A stretch of DNA of 64,000 nt from Candidatus Omnitrophota bacterium (GTDB lineage: Bacteria; Omnitrophota; Omnitrophia; Omnitrophales; Aquincolibacteriaceae), in assembly GCA_043803685.1 (NCBI GenBank), contig JAZDJU010000037.1:64001-128000 (forward strand), written 5' to 3'. The stretch's first letter is position 1; the number at the start of each line of letters is the position of its first letter. The notes beneath the pieces were generated by a model. It saw nothing but the letters and a program-made list of their open reading frames with translations. It made no database searches and was not told the DNA's origin. The translations under genes and the position numbers were made by a program. This document shows positions 62,544 through 64,000 of this stretch, one piece after another.

Positions 62544-62651
62544 TTCATTTCGAAAGAATCGCCGCGCTTACTCAGATCGAAAATATGGCGGCGATCATCG
62601 TACGAGACCTTCCTTGGGTCTCGACGATGTCGTCGTTTTTCACAAGAAAAA

Positions 62652-62738
62652 CGGAGAGGATAGGATTCGAACCTATGAGGCCCTTGCGAGCCTAACGGTT
62701 TTCGAGACCGCCGCATTCGACCACTCTGCCACCTCTCC
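62652..62738 (-). tRNA. tRNA-Ser (CGA)
   Basis: GGAGAGG acceptor stem, CTCGAAA anticodon loop, long variable arm, GGTTCGAATCC. Confidence 0.97.
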
Positions 62739-62899
62739 ATCAAAAAATGCATCGGAAAGGTGTGCTGCCCCAATTTCTGCTCGGCAGAAATTATTATGCA
62801 TTGGGACTGCCACCTCTCCCCATAGAGTCATCCGACGCCCAGGAAATCGGAGTCTATTGTTTTCCGCGTCTCAGGTCAAGGCGAGAGAGGGTTCGAACT

Positions 62900-64000
62900 T
62901 TATAGATGCTTGAGACCCTTGAGAGCAGACATGTTCTTTGGATTGACCCTCAGGGATTGATCAAAAAATGATCGCGCTCTTGCCCTGTTCTTTCTATATA
63001 ATTCCAACCAGCCCATTTGGGCAAGAGCTTCATCATTTTTCGGATTGAACCGTATCGCATGCGACAATAACCCCTCAGCATCAACAAATCTCCCCTGTCT
63101 GGAATAAATAGCCGCAAGGCTAACAACGGCCTTCTGATCGCGGGGATTTAACAGCAATTCTTTTTTATATTGATCAACCTTCAAAGCGCTCAAGAATGCC
63201 CTGACCTTCGGATTGTCAGGTTTCAAATCTAGCGTCTTTTGAAAATATTCCTGGGCCTTGGACGAATTCCCCTGCTTGAAATGGAGCTCCCCAAGCGCGG
63301 CGCAAGCGTGGTCGTTTTTAGGATCCAATTCGAACGTCTTCTGGAAATACGCCTGAGCCTTCGACAAATTCCCCTGCTTCAAATAGAGATCCCCAAGCGC
63401 GGTGCTAGCATGATCGTTTTTAGGATTCAATTCGAGAGACTTCTGGAAATACTCCTCGGCCTTCGACGAATCCCCCTGCTTCAAATAGAGATCCCCAAGC
63501 ACGGCGCTAGCATGATCGTTTTTAGGATTCAATTTGAACGTCTTCTGATAATATTCCTGAGCCTTCGACAGATCCCCCTGCTTCAAATAGAGATTCGCAA
63601 GCGCAACGCAAGCATTATAGTTTTCCGGATTCAACTCGAACGCCTTCTGAAAATATTCCTGAGCCTTGGGCGAATCCCCCTGCCGCGAATAGAGATCCCC
63701 AAGCACGCTGCAAGCCCTATCATTCTGAGGATTCACATCTAAGGCCTTCGTTAAATATTCCCGAGCCCTGGACAAATCTCCTTGCTGAAAAAAGAAAGCC
63801 CCGAGCACAAGGCAAACGTAGTCATCGTTAGGATTCAAATCAACAGCCTTCTGAAAATATTCCTGGGCCTTGGACGAATCTCCTCGCCGCGAATAGAGAT
63901 TCGCAAGCGCAACGCAAGCATTAGCGTTTTTGGGATTCAACTCGAACGCCTTCTGAAAATATTCCTGAGCCTTGGACGAATCCCTCCCGAAATAGAGATC
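62900..64000 (-). CDS. Tandem-TPR protein (5' end outside the window)
   Basis: Frame stays open to the window end; near-identical 34-aa (102-nt) repeats LGDLYLKQGD.SKAQEYFQK..ELNPKND. Confidence 0.9.
   Translation of the reverse strand, partial: DLYFGRDSSKAQEYFQKAFELNPKNANACVALANLYSRRGDSSKAQEYFQKAVDLNPNDDYVCLVLGAFFFQQGDLSRAREYLTKALDVNPQNDRACSVLGDLYSRQGDSPKAQEYFQKAFELNPENYNACVALANLYLKQGDLSKAQEYYQKTFKLNPKNDHASAVLGDLYLKQGDSSKAEEYFQKSLELNPKNDHASTALGDLYLKQGNLSKAQAYFQKTFELDPKNDHACAALGELHFKQGNSSKAQEYFQKTLDLKPDNPKVRAFLSALKVDQYKKELLLNPRDQKAVVSLAAIYSRQGRFVDAEGLLSHAIRFNPKNDEALAQMGWLELYRKNRARARSFFDQSLRVNPKNMSALKGLKHL

Noticed and set aside
59195..62651. SRP RNA (ffs) or a tRNA 3'-end att duplication between tRNA-Ser and dnaX
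   Set aside because: No SRP domain-IV motif and no convincing repeat of the tRNA 3' end seen; only a generic hairpin at about 62596-62629.
62900..64000. Regular 102-bp repeats as a possible CRISPR array
   Set aside because: They are in-frame TPR coding repeats with no unique spacers and no cas genes.

Overview
Chromosomal core region of a PVC-superphylum-like bacterium. The EF-Tu switch-I variant ([10 protein letters not shown]), the gene order and the TPR/pilin content suggest Ca. Omnitrophota, but that is inference. 1-23.8 kb (- strand) is one compact transcription/translation super-cluster: tRNA-Thr, tuf, rpmG, tRNA-Trp, secE, nusG, rplKAJL, rpoBC, rpsLG, fusA and the S10/spc genes to rplR. 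tuf and rplV each carry a single-base frameshift, probably an assembly error. 25-31.8 kb (+) is an F1Fo ATP synthase operon. 33.4-42.1 kb (+) is a metal/metalloid/ion-homeostasis and membrane cluster with two unannotated Lys/Cys-rich small ORFs. 42-59 kb (-) holds queH, ftsK, dut, pnp, rpsO, ribF, truB, rbfA, infB, nusA, an LpxL-like acyltransferase, tRNA-Gly, an SDR, recR and dnaX. 59.3-64 kb (-) holds a TPR protein, a type IV pilin fused through a Gly/Ser linker to an HExxH domain, a PsbP/DcrB-like protein, tRNA-Ser and a partial tandem-TPR gene. Most notable: (1) 13 elements, plus one solo arm, built from 3-5 tandem heptamers, a spacer and the reverse-complement heptamer array. The heptamer varies between copies; they sit at gene boundaries and one is inserted in frame in ribF. 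(2) The pilin-metallopeptidase module. (3) Poly-Cys small ORFs with alternative hairpins upstream of an ArsP-like permease. (4) An A9 slippage-type site in dnaX.
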